Source of the DNA: Candidatus Poribacteria bacterium
GTDB taxonomy: Bacteria > Poribacteria > WGA-4E > PCPOR2b
Direction: 5' to 3'
Length of the DNA: 64,000 nt
Assembly (NCBI GenBank): GCA_965218095.1
Contig: OZ244587.1
Span: 3,104,001-3,168,000, forward strand
In this document: positions 60,274 to 64,000 of the stretch, in pieces
Layout of the letters: each line of letters opens with the position of its first letter
Position numbering within the stretch: the first letter of the stretch is position 1
Notes under the pieces: generated by a model
Database searches by the model: none
Told to the model about the DNA's origin: nothing
The model's input: only the letters and a program-made list of their open reading frames with translations
Position numbers and translations under genes: made by a program

Positions 60274-61386
60274 ATGCTTAGAAACTTATTCAAACGAGAA
60301 AAAGACCCAACGGAAGAACAACAAGACCCCCAAGCGGAACAACAAGAAATCTCTCAATCTGAAGCAGTCCAAATGCCCGCCGAACAGCCTGTAACTGAAT
60401 CACCACCTGAGTCCGAACCATCCGACGACGCCCTAAAAGAGAAGCGTAGCTGGTTCAATCGCCTCAAAGCCGGATTGGCGAAAACGCGAAATAACATCGT
60501 CGGTCAGATTTCTGAGGTGCTACGTATCGGAAAAACGATTGACGAAGAGCTAATGGAGGAAATCGAGGAAATCTTGATCCAGGCCGATGTCGGCGTCAAC
60601 ACCACGCTGAAATTGATGGACAATGTGCGTGAGGTTGTCACGGAGAAGGGATTGAAAGATTCGTCTGAATTGGCAGAGGTTCTCAAGCAGGAGATGATCA
60701 ATGTCCTTGGGGAGGTGGACGAACACATCAACGTCAATGGGCATCAACCGTATACGATTCTGGTGCTTGGCATCAACGGCGCTGGTAAAACGACGACCAT
60801 CGGCAAACTCGCACATCGCTTCAAATCCGAGGAGAAGCAGGTGCTGGTTGCCGCAGGAGACACCTTTCGCGCAGCAGCCGTGGATCAACTGGCAATCTGG
60901 TGCGATCGTGCCGGCGTAGAATTGATCCGAGGTGGGGAAAGATCTGATCCGGCGTCGGTCGTCTTCGATGCCATTGAGGCGGCAAAGTCCCGTCAAGTCG
61001 ACCTGCTTATCGTTGACACCGCCGGCAGACTCCACACGAAAAAGCCGCTGATGGATGAGTTATCGAAGATTGGGCGGGTTATGGGACGCGCACTTGCGGG
61101 CTCGCCGCATGAAGTGCTGCTTGTGCTTGATGGAACGGTAGGCCAGAACGCAATTATGCAGGCGAAGTTCTTCAACGAAGCCGTTCCCGTTACCGGCGTC
61201 ACTGTGACGAAGCTAGATGGTACGGCGAAAGGTGGGATTGTCATTGCTGTGAAAGCCGAGATTGGCGCCCCTGTCAAATTGATTGGGATTGGTGAAAAAC
61301 TGGATGATCTCCGCGATTTTGTCGGGCGCGATTTTGTCGAGGCGTTGTTTGAACGCGAGGAGGAACAAGAGGAAATGAGTTCATGA
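60274..61386 (+). CDS. ftsY: signal recognition particle receptor FtsY
   Basis: Acidic N-terminus, GINGAGKTTTIGKLA, DTFRAAA, DTAGRLH, TKLDGTAKGG. Confidence 0.97.
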   Translation: MLRNLFKREKDPTEEQQDPQAEQQEISQSEAVQMPAEQPVTESPPESEPSDDALKEKRSWFNRLKAGLAKTRNNIVGQISEVLRIGKTIDEELMEEIEEILIQADVGVNTTLKLMDNVREVVTEKGLKDSSELAEVLKQEMINVLGEVDEHINVNGHQPYTILVLGINGAGKTTTIGKLAHRFKSEEKQVLVAAGDTFRAAAVDQLAIWCDRAGVELIRGGERSDPASVVFDAIEAAKSRQVDLLIVDTAGRLHTKKPLMDELSKIGRVMGRALAGSPHEVLLVLDGTVGQNAIMQAKFFNEAVPVTGVTVTKLDGTAKGGIVIAVKAEIGAPVKLIGIGEKLDDLRDFVGRDFVEALFEREEEQEEMSS

Positions 61387-61815
61387 ATCTTATGGGTAAC
61401 GTTTCAAGTCATTGATAGAACCGGAGGTTTTGCAGGATGGCGCAAAACGCATTACGTCTTACTAAAATTTGGACAATTCTTGATAAAACGGAATCTTGTT
61501 GGGACGAGATTGTACCGCCGAATCTAAAGTGTCTAAAATGTTCTAAAGTTGAAAAACAAGATGCACTTTCTCCCTATCTTCTCTGGTCTGAATCACCGAT
61601 TTTTAGCGGAAGGTTCAATCGTTTCTGAATCCGCGTCGTGTGTTTCATCCGTGATTCAGACAACAATTATGTCCCCCCCTCATTTATTTTCGGGGATAAA
61701 TCAGAGTGTGGGAAAGGGAGATTTAATCTTCTTCTCACTTCCACACCTTCCCCCTTGTGCGTTGACTCACTTTAGACATTTTAGTACACTTGTCCAAACT
61801 TTAGTACGTCTTAGT

Positions 61816-62757
61816 TCAGTCTCCTAAACTCTCATCAATAGTCCCGAATATCTTGCGTAATCGCCGCATATCCGTGTCGGGCAATGGTTCTCCTAAGATC
61901 GCATTGACGTTGGACCTGAAGTGATCTATGTTTGCCGTGCCGGTGAGGATGGTTGAAACCGCGGGGTGTGCAGCAACAAATTTGTAAGCCGCCGCCGGCA
62001 TCGATTCGACGTGGTCACGCACCAGCCAACCGAGTGGATCTTCATCCGGCAAAGCGTCAGCGGGAATAACCCGCCGTGACTTGAGATTGGCGATCACCTG
62101 GCGCAGATGTTCGAGGTCGCTCAACGCCTTGCGGACGGCGAACATGATCAGTACACCGATGTTCTTTTCACGACACAGGGGAAACACTGTCCGCTCTGAA
62201 CTCTGATTGAGCAGGTTATAGCCCACCATCACAGTATCGAAGTGACCATCGACTAAAGCACGTTGAACCATTTTGTGTTTGCTGTCCACCGAGAACATCT
62301 CCGACGCACCGATAAAGCGAATTTTGCCCTGCGCTTTCAGTTTCTCAGCCACAGGGAAGAGCTTTTCGATAACCCCTGCGTATTCAGTCGGTCGAACGCC
62401 ATGAAACTGAAAAATGTCAATCGTTTCCACCTGTAAGCGTCGCAGACTCCGCTCGACCTGTTCAACCAATTCCGCCTCGGATATGATCTGCCAATCATGA
62501 TGATAGCTGGCTTTCGTTGCAATATAAAACCGGTCGCGGGGCACACCGCGAAGCGCCCTACCTAAGATTGCTTCGCTTTCGCCATATCCCGCTGCCGTAT
62601 CGATCAGATTCACACCGTAATCCAGTTCTGTTCGGATTAAACGCTGAATTTCCGGCTCTGGTACGCCAGTACTTTGTCCAAGAAGACTATGCCCCCCTGA
62701 ACCAAGGCCGACAAGGGAAACCTTTACATTTGTCCGTCCAAGTACACGGTATTTCAT
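61816..62757 (-). CDS. aldo/keto reductase
   Basis: MKYR.LGRT, IDTAAGYGESE, IATK, SL.RL..ETID, GKIRFIG.S. Confidence 0.92.
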   Translation of the reverse strand: MKYRVLGRTNVKVSLVGLGSGGHSLLGQSTGVPEPEIQRLIRTELDYGVNLIDTAAGYGESEAILGRALRGVPRDRFYIATKASYHHDWQIISEAELVEQVERSLRRLQVETIDIFQFHGVRPTEYAGVIEKLFPVAEKLKAQGKIRFIGASEMFSVDSKHKMVQRALVDGHFDTVMVGYNLLNQSSERTVFPLCREKNIGVLIMFAVRKALSDLEHLRQVIANLKSRRVIPADALPDEDPLGWLVRDHVESMPAAAYKFVAAHPAVSTILTGTANIDHFRSNVNAILGEPLPDTDMRRLRKIFGTIDESLGD

Positions 62758-62772
62758 GAAAGCAAGTTCCTC

Positions 62773-63015
62773 CTAAATTGTCGGCGAATCTTTGGGGCTA
62801 TAAGTTACACTTTTGGAAAGAGTAACCGAAAGACCAATTTTTCCGCTTTGCGATTTCCAAATCGTAGTGCTTGAGCAACCCTTGCATAAAGTCGATCCGA
62901 CTGTTAAATTCCTGGGCATCAGTCTATCAAACATCTCCTTGGTTACGTCATTTGTAGCGCGGAAAACTTGAATCTTTAGCTTTCGGTAGGCGTCATCACT
63001 TAACATGTTTTCCAT
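62773..63015 (-). CDS. small hypothetical protein
   Basis: RBS GAGGAG, 80 aa, co-oriented with both neighbours. Confidence 0.45.
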   Translation of the reverse strand: MENMLSDDAYRKLKIQVFRATNDVTKEMFDRLMPRNLTVGSTLCKGCSSTTIWKSQSGKIGLSVTLSKSVTYSPKDSPTI

Positions 63016-63024
63016 CGCTCCTCA

Positions 63025-64000
63025 TCACGCATACTCAAGCTTCAACCCCATCGCGGCAATCGTCACGATACTGTCAGGGAGGGCGACGTCGTTCCGGGCC
63101 GCCAGTTCCACGAAGTTTCGGGCCGTCCGCAGCAGTGGCACCCGCACGTCGTACTCAAGCTGGCAATCCGTTTGACCGTCCGGGGTGAGGGTGAATTGAC
63201 CGTCGGTCAGTTCCTCACCGTTTAACCGAATTAGCAACGCATCCTTCCAGGAGGCCTCGTCGAACTCAACAGTCAAGGTCGCCTGCGTCGGCGGATGCGA
63301 TGCCACGTCGTCGCCGACTATCAGTGGTAGGCGACCAATCACGCCGGTGCGCAGAATACTGTGCTTCAATTCGAGCGGCAGGGGGCGCGGCCCGGATAGG
63401 TGCGCGTAGTACGGCAGGATGCTGCCTATGGCACTATCAATACCGAACAGTTTATCTTTGCCGACCGGCATATTCGCATCCCCTACTTCGTACACACAGG
63501 CGTAGCAGCGGCGGCGCGTTTCGACCAACTCATCGCCGGTCATGAACTCGAAGGGCGTCCCAAGGTTCCAGAAGTACAGCCCGTCAGCGCCGGCGCGATA
63601 CCAGTTCGACGCCAGTCCACGCACCACCGGCAGCGACTCCTTGCCCTGGTTCACACACGGGTAGACGGGCACACCGTGCGGCCGTGCCGCTTCAACCCAC
63701 GTCTCGACCGGCAAGGACCACGGCGCATACCCGCCCCCGGCGATGAGGATGTCGATCAGATCTCCTTCGAGCCACGCTGCCACGTCCATACCGTTGTTGA
63801 GGCAGGTGGTGAACCTGTCCGGCACACGCACGGCGATGAGCACTGGTCGTCCACGGCGCTCGGCTGCGGCGTCCGTTAGACCGCGAATCTCCCTCATCAT
63901 TGACGTAATGACGGCGATCTCTTCCGCCGTGCACGGCTCACCGCGCATCCGCCGACTGAACAGCACGGGATGGCGGATGTAGTCCAACTCGAATCCATCC
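63025..64000 (-). CDS. glycosyl-hydrolase-like (GHL10/DUF187-type TIM barrel) protein, 5' end outside the window
   Basis: DGFELDYIRHP, VRVP, G.DV..W...LID, GADGLYFWN. Confidence 0.7.
   Translation of the reverse strand, partial: DGFELDYIRHPVLFSRRMRGEPCTAEEIAVITSMMREIRGLTDAAAERRGRPVLIAVRVPDRFTTCLNNGMDVAAWLEGDLIDILIAGGGYAPWSLPVETWVEAARPHGVPVYPCVNQGKESLPVVRGLASNWYRAGADGLYFWNLGTPFEFMTGDELVETRRRCYACVYEVGDANMPVGKDKLFGIDSAIGSILPYYAHLSGPRPLPLELKHSILRTGVIGRLPLIVGDDVASHPPTQATLTVEFDEASWKDALLIRLNGEELTDGQFTLTPDGQTDCQLEYDVRVPLLRTARNFVELAARNDVALPDSIVTIAAMGLKLEYA

Noticed and set aside
1-64000. CRISPR array or rRNA
   Set aside because: No regularly spaced repeat-spacer series and no rRNA signature sequences were seen.

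Overview
Bacterial chromosomal window, most likely Candidatus Poribacteria. This is inferred from the C-terminal 'AV..KGKLST.WG.IK' motif of the 39990-40691 protein and from lineage-typical orphans. The housekeeping backbone comprises tRNA-Pro(GGG), hom-thrC-lysC-yceD-rpmF-fabH-fabD-fabG-acpP-fabF, nagZ, folK, XPB helicase, ddl, smc, argC and ftsY. Two defence islands are present: (i) TIR-like protein + type III Mod/Res + ABC-ATPase/TOPRIM protein (26.5-33.5 kb) and (ii) a restriction-like SNF2-DUF3883 / orphan / DUF1156 methylase / DUF499 ATPase operon (47-57.8 kb). The top finding is a ~950-nt non-coding, heavily base-paired region (~860-1811). Its core (~1205-1720) follows, as I recall it, the motif order of the OLE RNA of Bacillota. 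It has extra 5' structured domains (a pseudoknot and a 19-bp G-U-rich helix), its own terminator and no adjacent oapA. It sits between a sigma54-type-promoter ferritin gene and a receiver / cytidylate-kinase-like / STAS / CBS / CBS / ferritin-like cluster. Also notable are an Omp85 barrel fused to DUF4097 and CBM9 domains, many GTAG-type REPs and MITEs, and numerous pseudogene fragments. All assignments are by eye; no searches were run.
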